A stretch of DNA of 64,000 nt from an uncultured Lachnospiraceae bacterium (GTDB lineage: Bacteria; Bacillota; Clostridia; Lachnospirales; Lachnospiraceae): positions 2,230 to 66,229 of the forward strand of contig USGM01000005.1 in assembly GCA_900554205.1 (NCBI GenBank), in the 5' to 3' direction. The notes beneath the pieces were generated by a model. That model ran no database searches. It was given only the letters and a program-made list of their open reading frames with translations, and was not told the DNA's origin. Below, in pieces: positions 1 through 10,500 of the stretch. Every line of letters starts with the position of its first letter. Positions within the stretch are counted from its first letter, which is position 1. Position numbers and translations under genes: made by a program.

Positions 1-184
1 GCTGAAAGATTTGGAGTGGGAGCAAAATATCAGCAATGAGCGAAGAGACGCAACGATTGATGAGGAGTATAGGCGCCCTATCAGATTTATGGAGAAAAAC
101 GGGAAATATCTTGCGATAGTTGTCGTGCTCGGGATCATGTTGATTTCAGGCGGAATTACATTTTTGATTTTGAAGTTCAGATAA
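1..184 (+). CDS. 3' end of a membrane-anchored hypothetical protein (partial)
   Basis: Open frame from position 2 (LKDLEWEQ...YLAIVVVLGIMLISGGITFLILKFR) to TAA at 182-184; hydrophobic C-terminal segment. Confidence 0.55.
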   Translation, partial: LKDLEWEQNISNERRDATIDEEYRRPIRFMEKNGKYLAIVVVLGIMLISGGITFLILKFR

Positions 185-211
185 AAAAGATGACGCAAGC
201 GAGGTGAAGAC

Positions 212-709
212 ATGTCTAAACTCATAATACTAAGGGGAAACTCCGGCAGTGGAAAAACAACAATCGCAAAAGAGCTTCAAAAGCACTTTGGCAGAAATAC
301 GATGTTGATTTCACAGGATGTCATCAGAAGGGATATGCTATGGGTAAAGGATGGGGAAAGCACCGAAGCGATACCGCTGATGAAGGAACTTTTAGCATAT
401 GGGATAAAACATAGTGATATTGTTATTTTAGAGGGAATTATGTATGCGGATTGGTACAAGCCTTTGTTTGAATTAGCGATCCGGTTATATGGTACGGAGG
501 TGTATGCGTATTATTTTGATCTTCCTTTTGAAGAAACATTGAAGAGGCATCAGACGAAACCCAACTGCAACGAATTTGGAGAAGAAGCAATGCGCAGCTG
601 GTGGAGGGAAAAGGATTTTTCGGATGTGTTAAGGGAAAGAATTATTACATCGGAAAAGGAAATTCCGGATATTGTGACAGAGATTTGCAGGGACATAAAT
701 TTGACATGA
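212..709 (+). CDS. P-loop kinase / AAA_33-like small nucleotide kinase
   Basis: Walker A GNSGSGKT near the N-terminus, VILEG Walker B-like strand, RBS GAGGTG upstream. Confidence 0.8.
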   Translation: MSKLIILRGNSGSGKTTIAKELQKHFGRNTMLISQDVIRRDMLWVKDGESTEAIPLMKELLAYGIKHSDIVILEGIMYADWYKPLFELAIRLYGTEVYAYYFDLPFEETLKRHQTKPNCNEFGEEAMRSWWREKDFSDVLRERIITSEKEIPDIVTEICRDINLT

Positions 710-762
710 CGTAAACGCTGGGGTTAGTTTCGGCAAAACTTCAGTATAATTCAGTATTCTTA

Positions 763-792
763 TTGACGCATTGCGTAGGCATATATTATGAT
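763..792 (+). promoter_or_regulatory. sigma70/sigmaA-type promoter
   Basis: TTGACG (763-768), 18-nt spacer, TATGAT (787-792), upstream of the small ORF at 838. Confidence 0.55.
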
Positions 793-837
793 ATGTATGT
801 AATCAATGAGCAAATAATAATGAAAGAGGTGATTAAT

Positions 838-909
838 ATGGCAAAACTTGATAAGACGATTTTATTACCGACTGTAGTTAATTGCATGTTAATCACGCTG
901 ATATATTAA
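838..909 (+). CDS. putative 23-aa leader peptide MAKLDKTILLPTVVNCMLITLIY
   Basis: Strong RBS AAAGAGGTG upstream of ATG 838; TAA 907-909; terminator follows; below the ORF-track length cutoff. Confidence 0.6.
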   Translation: MAKLDKTILLPTVVNCMLITLIY

Positions 910-927
910 GTAAAGTGACCATGCGAG

Positions 928-956
928 CGCATCCGACAGTATCGGGTGCGTTTTTT
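928..956 (+). terminator. intrinsic terminator / attenuator in the leader of the ATPase gene
   Basis: CGCATCCGA-cagta-TCGGGTGCG stem (one G-U pair) followed by T6. Confidence 0.75.
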
Positions 957-1020
957 ATTACAATAGAATCGTTCTTCTGCGGATTTGATTACATAAATAG
1001 ACCGAAAGAAGGATGATAAA

Positions 1021-2736
1021 ATGAATAAGTTTAAGCCACTGATTATGAGCTGCCACGGCAAGAGTAAAACTCTTTTGCACTGGCTTTATAACACGCATTC
1101 CGATTATGATGAAGATGAAAAAGTCTTTGAATACAAGGAACTAATATTTTGGTTTAATGGCACCGGCTTTAGAAATACAGAGAGATTGATTCTTAATATT
1201 GGAATTCCTGAAAAGTTTTTTGATATGTGTAACAGAGATTATAGTTCTTTCGACATGACTGTGCCCACGGAAAACTTCATCCTGCATCTTGTTTTTCCTG
1301 TTATTTCAGAACTGCGAAAGGAATATCGGAATGACAATAAGGATTCGAGGGAAAAGGCACAGTTCAGTACACAGCCGCCCGATGCGTGTATGGATAGAAA
1401 GAGCGGTTGCCTATATAACAGAGAGCTGAAAAGATATGTGTTAAAAATACATTTCAATGTTCCATTAGTGAATGCAATTTCGGTAAATTCAAAAGCGGCA
1501 TTTCGAGCTGTTAAAGATATTATGGAACATATTGATAGCTGTCTGAGCAATATAGATATGGCGGAGCTTGTCCTTTGGCAGAAAACATTTATGAATCAAC
1601 AGAGTATCCGGACATACATGAAAGAAAATAAAATTTGTACCTTTGTGGCAGATGGCAGTATTTTGCCGAGATGGGATGGCTCGGATAAACCTATGATAGG
1701 GGCGCAACCCTTTATATCGCCGGAAAGTATACGTATAAGCATTACAACAGCAATGAATGAAACAATAACCGGTATGGGAATCAAAGAGGGAATAACAGTG
1801 ATAACCGGAGGGGGCTATTCGGGGAAAACGACCCTGCTGGATGCTATTGAACTTGGCATTTACAACCATATACCGGGAGACGGAAGAGAATATGTTATTT
1901 CCGAGGCTTCGGCATTAAAAACGAATGCTGAAGATGGAAGATCAGTGGAAAATATTAATCTGGCAGCTTTTTTTAAGGGACTAAGCACTGACACTTCGCT
2001 GGAACATTTCAGCACGACGCATGCAAGCGGCAGCGTTTCCCAGGCTGCAAATATAGTCGAAGCGATAGGCGGTAACTCAAGGCTGATTCTGATTGATGAA
2101 GACAAAAGTGCTACAAACTTTATGATCCGGGACAGTTTGATGCGAAAAATAGTACCCGATGAGCCGATAATTCCCTTTACGGACAGAATCGAAGAATTGA
2201 GCAGGGATTGCGGAGTTTCCATTATCTTAGTTATTGGAGGGTCAAGTGAGTATCTTGCATACGCAGATACGGTAATTCTTATGAAAAATTTTGAACCCAG
2301 TGACATTACGGATTTGGTCAGTGATTTCGAGATCACTCGAAATTCGGAGCCAACTAAGGCAGTATGGAAATTTTCGAGAAGATTGAAACCTAAAGTGACG
2401 ACGCAGCCCTTTCTCTATTTTCATTCGGTAATAACAGAGAACGAGAAAAAAATAGTTCTGGATGAGTATAGTTCTGATATAACGAATCTGACTGCACTTA
2501 TTACGCCTGAGCGGCTTAATACAGTGATGCGTGTAATGGAGAAAATACTTACCGATAAGGAAGCGGATTCTGAGGAACTGCTTCAAAAAATGATAGACTA
2601 TACAAATCAGACGACCGGTTTTGAAAATGAGAAGAATGGATTCCACATGAATGAATCAGAGCAGAGATTTTTTTCCCAGATAAGACCGATTGATGCATGG
2701 TGCTGTATCAATAGAATGCGCGGAATCCGATTTTGA
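1021..2736 (+). CDS. ABC-ATPase domain-containing protein (predicted ATPase of the ABC class, PF09818-like)
   Basis: FVADGSILPR, GITVITGGGYSGKTTLL, IYNHIPGDGREYV, ASGSVSQAANI and LIDEDKSATNFMIRD motifs typical of this family. Confidence 0.8.
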   Translation: MNKFKPLIMSCHGKSKTLLHWLYNTHSDYDEDEKVFEYKELIFWFNGTGFRNTERLILNIGIPEKFFDMCNRDYSSFDMTVPTENFILHLVFPVISELRKEYRNDNKDSREKAQFSTQPPDACMDRKSGCLYNRELKRYVLKIHFNVPLVNAISVNSKAAFRAVKDIMEHIDSCLSNIDMAELVLWQKTFMNQQSIRTYMKENKICTFVADGSILPRWDGSDKPMIGAQPFISPESIRISITTAMNETITGMGIKEGITVITGGGYSGKTTLLDAIELGIYNHIPGDGREYVISEASALKTNAEDGRSVENINLAAFFKGLSTDTSLEHFSTTHASGSVSQAANIVEAIGGNSRLILIDEDKSATNFMIRDSLMRKIVPDEPIIPFTDRIEELSRDCGVSIILVIGGSSEYLAYADTVILMKNFEPSDITDLVSDFEITRNSEPTKAVWKFSRRLKPKVTTQPFLYFHSVITENEKKIVLDEYSSDITNLTALITPERLNTVMRVMEKILTDKEADSEELLQKMIDYTNQTTGFENEKNGFHMNESEQRFFSQIRPIDAWCCINRMRGIRF

Positions 2737-2824
2737 AAAAGCATAGAATATTATGCGTATGTATGCTAAAATACAGATATCCAGTTTTATCTGAATCATA
2801 ATAAAAATCAAAGGAGAAGGGGTT

Positions 2825-3568
2825 ATGTTAAAGGGAAAGGTTGCTATTGTAACAGGCGGGACTAGAGGAATCGGGTACGAAATTGTCCGCAAGTATTTGC
2901 AGAACGGGGCGAAGGTGGTTCTCTGGGGTTCCAGACAGGAAACGGTCGATAAAGCGCTGTCGCAGCTGAAAAAGGAAAACCCGGCATGGGAGGTGGAGGG
3001 GATGTGCCCGACACTGACAGACGCTGCAGCGGTGGAGGCAGCAGTAAACGCGGTGAAGGAGAAATTCGGAAGGGTTGACATTCTGGTAAACAACGCGGGT
3101 ATCTCCCAGAGCACGCCGCTATATCAGTACAAGACAGAGGACTTTGACAAGATCATTGATCTGAATGTCAAGGCGATCTTCTATGCGATTCTTCCGGCGG
3201 CGAAGATCATGAAGGAGCAGGGCGGCGGATGCATTATCAACACAAGCTCGATGGTCAGCATTTCCGGACAGCCTGCGGGGTGTGGTTATCCGACAAGCAA
3301 GTTTGCCGTAAACGGTCTTACCATCTCGCTGGCGCGTGAGCTTGCGAAGGACGGCATCCGCGTGAATGCGGTAGCGCCCGGTGTTACAAAGACTGACATG
3401 GTGGCAGCGCTGCCGGAGCAGACGGTAGCCATGATTTCCGCGAGAATTCCTCTGGGCAGACCCGGCGAGCCGGAAGAGGTTGCAGACGCATTCCTCTATC
3501 TGGCAAGTGACATGGCAAGCTATGTCACCGGTGAGATTCTTTCGGTAGACGGAGCTTCCAGATCATAG
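2825..3568 (+). CDS. short-chain dehydrogenase/reductase, BaiA/3-alpha-HSDH-like
   Basis: TGGTRGIG, NNAG, catalytic YPTSK and C-terminal SVDGAxR. Confidence 0.8.
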   Translation: MLKGKVAIVTGGTRGIGYEIVRKYLQNGAKVVLWGSRQETVDKALSQLKKENPAWEVEGMCPTLTDAAAVEAAVNAVKEKFGRVDILVNNAGISQSTPLYQYKTEDFDKIIDLNVKAIFYAILPAAKIMKEQGGGCIINTSSMVSISGQPAGCGYPTSKFAVNGLTISLARELAKDGIRVNAVAPGVTKTDMVAALPEQTVAMISARIPLGRPGEPEEVADAFLYLASDMASYVTGEILSVDGASRS

Positions 3569-3569
3569 G

Positions 3570-4769
3570 ATGAAAAAGAAAATTGTTATTTTAACCTTAT
3601 CCTTATGTATGTTACTGTCCGGCTGCGGAGGGGAACAACCCGCCGGCAGCGCCGTAGGGCAATCGTCAGCCCAGAGGGAACACTCGACAGCAGAGCAATT
3701 GCCAGCCCAGCCGGAGCAGCCGCCAACAGAACAGTCACAGGCGGAAACGCCCGGACAAGCTCCATCTGACACGGAGGAACCGGCCGCGGACTACGACTTC
3801 ACAGTATGCTTTGCCGGAGACATCAATCTGGCGGAGGGCTGGAGCACGACTGTCTATCTGGATCAGCAGGAAAACGGAATTTACGACTGCATCTCGGAGG
3901 AACTGACCGACATCATGAATGCGGCGGACATCATGTGCCTGAACAATGAGTTTACCTACAGCACCGGCGGCGCGCCGCTGGCTGGAAAGGCATATACCTT
4001 CCGGGCGCTGCCGGAGCGGGTGGAGGTTCTGCACCAGCTTGGCGTGGATGCCGTGACACTGGCAAATAATCACGTCTACGACTACGGAAAAGAGGCGCTT
4101 TTAGATACCTTTGCCGTCCTGCAGGAGGCGGGAATCCCTTACTTCGGGGCGGGGCAGGACTTGGAGGAGGCGATGGCGCCGCTCTATCTGGAGGCAGGCG
4201 GAAAGACGATCGCGCTGGTCGGAGCCTCCAGAGCAGAGAAAAACCGGATGACACCGCAGGCGACTGAGACGGAGCCGGGCATCCTGCGCTGCTATGACAC
4301 AACGCTTTATAAAGAAGCGATCGCTGAGGCGAAGGCAAACGCAGATTTCTGCATTGCGTTCGTTCACTGGGGAACGGAGTACAGCTTCGATCTGGAACAG
4401 GTGCAGCTCGATACGGGAAAGGAATATCTGGACGCCGGGGCGGATGTCGTGATCGGTGCGCATTCCCATTGTCTGCAGGGCATGGAATTCCATGAGGGAA
4501 AACCGATTATCTACAGTCTGGGAAATTACTGGTTTAACAAAAAAACGCTGGATACCATGCTGGTACAGCTGCGTATTTCGGGGAATGCCGACAGGAGTAA
4601 TATAGAGGTGGAGATCATACCTGCCGTTCAGACCGGCTGCAGGACGATTTATGCACAAGAGCAGGAAGAACAGCGGCGGATCTTTGACTTCCTCGAAGAA
4701 ATTTCCATCAACGTGGAGATTACGGATGAAGGAATTGCAAGAGAAGAGACGGTTTCTGTACCACAATAA
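3570..4769 (+). CDS. CapA family (PGA_cap) metallophosphoesterase lipoprotein
   Basis: Lipobox LSGC, FAGD, LANNHVYDYG, VHWGTEY, GAHSH and YSLGN motifs. Confidence 0.85.
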   Translation: MKKKIVILTLSLCMLLSGCGGEQPAGSAVGQSSAQREHSTAEQLPAQPEQPPTEQSQAETPGQAPSDTEEPAADYDFTVCFAGDINLAEGWSTTVYLDQQENGIYDCISEELTDIMNAADIMCLNNEFTYSTGGAPLAGKAYTFRALPERVEVLHQLGVDAVTLANNHVYDYGKEALLDTFAVLQEAGIPYFGAGQDLEEAMAPLYLEAGGKTIALVGASRAEKNRMTPQATETEPGILRCYDTTLYKEAIAEAKANADFCIAFVHWGTEYSFDLEQVQLDTGKEYLDAGADVVIGAHSHCLQGMEFHEGKPIIYSLGNYWFNKKTLDTMLVQLRISGNADRSNIEVEIIPAVQTGCRTIYAQEQEEQRRIFDFLEEISINVEITDEGIAREETVSVPQ

Positions 4770-4773
4770 TTTC

Positions 4774-4802
4774 TTGCACCTGTGAGCTTGCTTTGCTATA
4801 CT
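4774..4802 (+). promoter_or_regulatory. promoter of the Wadjet operon
   Basis: TTGCAC-17 nt-TATACT with TGn extended -10. Confidence 0.55.
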
Positions 4803-4895
4803 TTAGATAATGTGCTGATTGTGTGAAACACAAATATCGGAGCGCAGAGGGAAAAGATTGAAAAATAGATGAACGCGCGCAGAAATGAGGAAAAT

Positions 4896-6383
4896 ATGCA
4901 GGCTACAGACAAGATGATAAAGCCTTTGACGGAGGTAAAATACTTAAATGCGGATAATGTAGACCGATATCGGTGCATTATGCGCATTTTTTTTGAAAAC
5001 TATGAAAAACTGCGGTACTGGATGTATCAGGAGGACGTCTACGAGCAGATGCTGCAGGATCCTTATTTTGCAGATTACCGCCCGGAACAATGTCAGCAGG
5101 ATCTGACGATGCTGACAGAATGGAAAAATCTGAATACAATACAGGACACGAGGAAGGTTTCCTCTATTGAGGAGTTTAAGAATAAAAAATTCCGCTATCA
5201 GATGTCAGAATACAGTGTGGAGATTGAGCGTCTTGTTATTCGGCTGGAGAATCTGTTCATCGAGGGTGCTTCGCTGGAGCCGACTCTTCTGGAGCGGATC
5301 AGGCGCAGTGTCGAGCGTTTTCCAATGATGGCAGAGGAAGAGCCGGGCATTGTATATACATGGTGGAATGACCTGAACAATGATTTCGTGCGTCTGAACC
5401 AGAATTATCAGGACTATATCCGCGATCTTAACAGCGTCAAGGCGGAAGAAATGATGCACACAAAGGAATTTCTGGTTTTTAAGGATCGTCTGATAGAATA
5501 TCTGAGGAGTTTTATCAAAGGGCTTCAGAAAAATGTGGGAGTGATCGAAGAGAATTTCCGTATGATTGACAACGAGATCCGGGAGAGGGTCTTTGAGAAG
5601 GTGATTACCTATGAGCTTTCCATCCCGAGAATGGATGCCGCGGTTTCCCGGGAAATGCTGGAGGATAAGGCGCAGGGACGTTACCAGAGTATTTACCGCT
5701 GGTTTGTTGCGGAAAATGTTCAGGAGAATGAAGCAGGTAAGCTGTTCGACGCAACGAATGAAATTATAAGGCGCATCACGCGATATGCGGCGCAGCTTAG
5801 TGAGAAGAATGCGCTAGGGGCAAACAGGCGGGAAGAATACCGTAAGACAGCGGAGCTGTTTCTCAGATGTGGGAATCTGGATGAGGCGCATCAGATGTCG
5901 GCAATGGTATTTGGACTGGAGCGGCCTTATCATCTGCAGGGCACTCTGGTGCGTGAGACGGATAGTATGAATACTGGCGTGTATGAAGAAAAACCGCTTG
6001 AAATCAGACTGAAATCGAGAACACGCACTTATAAAGAAAAGACAGCAAGAAGTGCTATACGGGATGCCCGGCAGGAAAAGGAAGAGACAAGACGCAAAAT
6101 GATAGAGGAGCAGAGACAGGAAGTGCAGAAGATGAAGCTGCTCGAAAAGAACGGACGCATTGACTTTGCCAGCCTTCCGGTGATTGAGCCGAGAGTGAGG
6201 GAAATCCTTCTGAAGTGGCTGTCAGATGCCATGGAGGATGCGGGTTTTTCAGCACGGACAGACGAAGGAAGGAGCTTTATGGTTGACCGGAGCCGAGCAG
6301 ATGAAAGCTGTGTCGTGAACTGCGAGGACGGAAAATTTACCATGCCGTGTCTCACAATTGTTTTTCAGGAGGACAATGCATGA
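4896..6383 (+). CDS. jetA: Wadjet type II JetA (TIGR02677/DUF2397 family)
   Basis: KYLNADNVDRYRCIMRIF and QDTRKVSSIEEFKNKKFRYQMS motifs; first gene of a four-gene SMC operon; RBS GAGG before ATG 4896. Confidence 0.85.
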   Translation: MQATDKMIKPLTEVKYLNADNVDRYRCIMRIFFENYEKLRYWMYQEDVYEQMLQDPYFADYRPEQCQQDLTMLTEWKNLNTIQDTRKVSSIEEFKNKKFRYQMSEYSVEIERLVIRLENLFIEGASLEPTLLERIRRSVERFPMMAEEEPGIVYTWWNDLNNDFVRLNQNYQDYIRDLNSVKAEEMMHTKEFLVFKDRLIEYLRSFIKGLQKNVGVIEENFRMIDNEIRERVFEKVITYELSIPRMDAAVSREMLEDKAQGRYQSIYRWFVAENVQENEAGKLFDATNEIIRRITRYAAQLSEKNALGANRREEYRKTAELFLRCGNLDEAHQMSAMVFGLERPYHLQGTLVRETDSMNTGVYEEKPLEIRLKSRTRTYKEKTARSAIRDARQEKEETRRKMIEEQRQEVQKMKLLEKNGRIDFASLPVIEPRVREILLKWLSDAMEDAGFSARTDEGRSFMVDRSRADESCVVNCEDGKFTMPCLTIVFQEDNA

Positions 6384-7525
6384 GTGGTCTGGAGGTATTG
6401 TTAAACAGGCGTTGGGTTCTGAAGGCGCAGGATAAAGAACTGTATTATAAAATCAGGGATGAAATCGGGGAGATCCGCAAATTTGCCGCTGATAAAATGG
6501 GCTGTCTGATTACCGAAAATTCCATATTGGTTAAGATGGAAAAAATACCTGTCGTTCCGGAATGCTTTATGGGGATACGGGAGTTCGGTTCAAGAGAAGA
6601 ATATGCCATGCTGTGTATTCTGCTGATGTTTCTGGAGGACAGGGACGCACAGGAGCAGTTTATTCTGTCCCAGCTGACGGAATATGTCGCGGCGAATATG
6701 CCCGGAGAAGCTATAGACTGGACCTTGTATACTAACCGGCGGAGAATGATCAGAGTGCTGCGCTATGCCGTGGCACAAGGGCTTCTCTGCATTACGGACG
6801 GAAGTGATGATATCTTTATGGATGACGCGGGCGGAGAGGTGCTGTATGAAAATACCGGAGCCTCCAGATATTTTATGCGCAGCTTTACCAAGGATATTCT
6901 GGCATATACAAGCCCTGAGGATTTCAGGGAGAGCGACTGGTTTGAGATGGATGAAGACCGGGGAATTGCCAGAAGACACCGGGTATACAAACGACTGCTT
7001 TTTGCGCCTGGAATGTTTAAGGAGAATGGAGCGGAAGAGGATTTTGACTACCTGAAGTATTATGGGAGAAGACTTGCAGAGGATCTGGAACAGGTATTTG
7101 ACTGCAGCGTGCAGATACACAGGGGAAGTGCCTACATGATGCTTGGAGAGAACTGCCAGATGGGGACAGTTTTTCCCGGAAATAATGTGCTGTCGGATAT
7201 TGTTCTGCTCTGCTGTCATAAGATCAGAGAGAAGATTGATGCGGGCGAGTGGAAGCTTCTGGGCGATGAAAGGTGCGTGGTGGATATGCTTGCCTTTGAG
7301 CGTCTGATCAGGGATATGCGGCAGGAAAACGCAGAATTTTTCTCAAAAAATTACAAGGAAATGCCGGAGAGTGAGTTTGTCAGGAGCGTGGTGGATGAGA
7401 TGGAATGTTGGATGTTCTTAAGGAGAATGGAGAGGGAGCATCAGGTCATAATCTATCCGTCAGCCGGTAAGCTGCAAGGGTGTTATCCGATGGAATACGT
7501 GGGAGAGAGTACAGATGAACAGTAG
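6380..7525 (+). CDS. jetB: Wadjet type II JetB (TIGR02678/DUF2398 family)
   Basis: ATGA overlap with the jetA stop; EVLYENTGASRYF and RHRVYKRLLF motifs; position in operon. Confidence 0.85.
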   Translation: MSGLEVLLNRRWVLKAQDKELYYKIRDEIGEIRKFAADKMGCLITENSILVKMEKIPVVPECFMGIREFGSREEYAMLCILLMFLEDRDAQEQFILSQLTEYVAANMPGEAIDWTLYTNRRRMIRVLRYAVAQGLLCITDGSDDIFMDDAGGEVLYENTGASRYFMRSFTKDILAYTSPEDFRESDWFEMDEDRGIARRHRVYKRLLFAPGMFKENGAEEDFDYLKYYGRRLAEDLEQVFDCSVQIHRGSAYMMLGENCQMGTVFPGNNVLSDIVLLCCHKIREKIDAGEWKLLGDERCVVDMLAFERLIRDMRQENAEFFSKNYKEMPESEFVRSVVDEMECWMFLRRMEREHQVIIYPSAGKLQGCYPMEYVGESTDEQ

Positions 7526-10500
7526 ATGGCATGCAAATAAAATAGGTCTGATCAATTTCTGGTATTACGATGAGCAGGAGTTTCCGTTCGTCCGGGGACG
7601 CATGCTCCTGCGCGGCTCGAACGGTTCCGGAAAGTCAGTTACAATGCAGAGTGTTGTCCCGCTTCTGCTGGATGGAAACATGAGCCCGGAACGTCTTGAT
7701 CCCTTTGGTTCAAAGGATCGTAAAATGAGCAGTTATCTGCTGGAGGAGGACGATAACAGAGAGGAGAGGACAGCGTATCTTTATCTCGAGTTCAGGCGCG
7801 AGGAGAGCGAGGTTTATCTGACGGTCGGAATGGGAATGCGCGCAAGGAAGGGGAAACCGTTGGATAAGTGGTACTTCGGTCTGACAGATGGGAGAAGGGT
7901 CGGACATGATTTCCTGCTTTACAAGGAGACGGATGAGAAGGTAACGCTTTCCCGCAGGGAGCTGGAAAACCGTATCGGGAGCGGCGGACAGGTATTTGAC
8001 CGTCAGGCGGATTACATGGAATATGTAAACAGACAGATTTTCGGCTTTGATACAGTGGACGAATATAAGGAAATGATTGATCTGCTGATCCAGCTCAGAA
8101 CCCCGAAGCTGTCGAAGGATTTTAAGCCATCTGTGATCAATGATATTTTAAGCGATTCGCTCCAGCCGCTGTCTGATGATGATCTGCGTCCGATGTCTGA
8201 GGCAATAGAGAACATGGATACGATGAACATGAATCTCAGGAGCAGGCAGGAGGCGAAACAGGCGGCTGAGAAGATTGACCGTGTCTACGACAGGTATAAT
8301 CGTCTGGTGCTGTTAGAAAAGGCATCAAAGCTTGAGCGGGAGAATGAACATCTCCGGCAGCTGAAAACAGCGGCGGAAAACCGCAAGGCGGAGCTGCAGG
8401 GCTGCAGGGAGAAAATCGGGCAGCTTGAGCAGGAGAGAAATGAGCTTGATGCCAAAAAGGATTCCATGGAAAAGGAGAAGGACTCCCTAAACAGGAGCGA
8501 TGCAGTCCATTTAAAAATGCGGGAGACCGAATTAAGGGATGAAATCGCGGTAACAGGGAGGAACCTGCAGGATAAAGAAGGATTTCTGCAGACAAAGCAG
8601 GAGCAGTATCAGGACGTAAGGAACAGACAGAAGGAAGAAGAGGACAGGCAATACCACAGGAAGAAGGAAATCAGTGAAATACTGGAGGAGATGCAGTCAG
8701 AAGCAGACGACATGGCATTTGAAGAGCATTCCTTCTTTAAGGAGGAGCTGCTTGAAAATCTGGAAGCGGAGTTTTCGTTTGAAACCCACAGGGAGCAGTT
8801 TGAAGGCTGTAGTCAGGCAATCGGACAGGGTAGGGACATTCTCAGGGAAACGACAACGCTGGAGCAGCAGGCAGATGAGCTGCTGAAGGAGAGGGAAGAA
8901 AAACAGCGAGAGCTTGACAGCCAGCAGAGGAAGGTTTCCGGGCTGGAAAATGATATGTTCCGTGCACAGGGCGAATGGAAGGAAGCACTGTACAGCTGGA
9001 ACGGCAGAAACCGGCAGCTCAAGCTGACCCAGGAGCTGTTGAGAGAACTGGCAGAATTCGTCGGGCATTACAGTGAGACGTCAGATTTTGCAACCGTGCG
9101 GCAGAAGGTGGCGGATGTATGGCTGGCTGGGGAGACAGAGCTTGAGACCGCAATTGCAGAAAACCGAAAGACCTTGTCGGTAAAGACCGGTGAAATAGAA
9201 GAAACAAGGGCAGAACTGGCTGAGTGGGAGAACAGCCGGGAGCCACAGCCACCGCGGACAGAGGCAGTGTTGAAAAACAGGGAACGTCTGGATGCATTAA
9301 ACATTCCATATCAGGAATTCTATAAAGTGCTTGAATTCGGGGAGAAGCTGACAGATGCGGAGTGCAGCAGACTGGAAGAGGCTTTGATGCAGATGGGGAT
9401 TCTTGATGCGCTTGTTGTGGATGAGCAATATCGTGAGCAGGTGCTCAGGCTGGCTGAGGGCTGCGAGGACAGGTACCTGTTTGTGCAGAAAACGCGGGCG
9501 GACAAAAGCTTGCTGGATGTGCTGGAACTGAATGACAACGTCAATGATATCTTTTCCAATGGGAGGATTACGGCAATTCTGCAAAACATTGCTTATGACG
9601 GAGAAGGAGCGGTATCCGTGTCAAAGGACGGAACCTATCGCATGGGAGTTCTGGCGGGTACAGTCACGGGTCAGCACAATGCGGGCTTCCTTGGGACGAG
9701 GGCAAGAGAGAGAAACCGTCTTGATAAAATCCGGGAATGCCGGGAAAAACTTGAGCTTCTGGAGAGGGAGTGCCAGACTCTTCAGGGGGAGATAGAGCGG
9801 CTGAGTCAGCGAAAGGAGCTGCTGCAAAAGGAATATCATGAACTGCCGGATGATCATGCACTGAGAGGGGTTTTTCTGGAACTGAAGGCTGCTGAAAGAG
9901 AAGCGGAGAGAATACAGAGCGAGGGCTTAAGACTGGAGGAAAAGCTTAAGGTGTTGACGGCGCAGATCCGTGAGAAGAAAAAGGAAGCGCTATCCATCGC
10001 AGAGCGGTTGTATCTCAACTGCAGCTATGAGGTGTTTCAGCGGGCAGCAGAAGCGGCGGATTGTTACAACCGGCATTTTATCGAATTACAGTCAAAGCAT
10101 CAGATTTATCTGGTTGGTGTCTGCCGTGTCGGAGAGCTTGCAGGGAATATGGATAATCTGGATGCAGACATGGAACAGATCCGATATGATATCAGGGCGC
10201 TGCAGAAGGATCTGGAAAAGAAGAAAGCGGAGTATGAGTCGGTTACAGAACAGCTGAAGCTTACGGATTATGAGGAGATAAAAGGACGTCTGGATGCCTG
10301 TATCCAGTGGCTTAAGGATTATCCTGAAAGACTGCAGCGGTGTGTCACGCAGAAGACCCAGAATACTGAGCGGATTAAGGTGCTGGAGCAGCAGGAGGAG
10401 ACCGGAACAGTGGAACTTCTGGAGTCGGAGCAGAAGAGACTTCAACTGGAAAAGAGCTATGAAGCGGAACGTGCACTGAGATATGTGGAACTGTCGGAGG

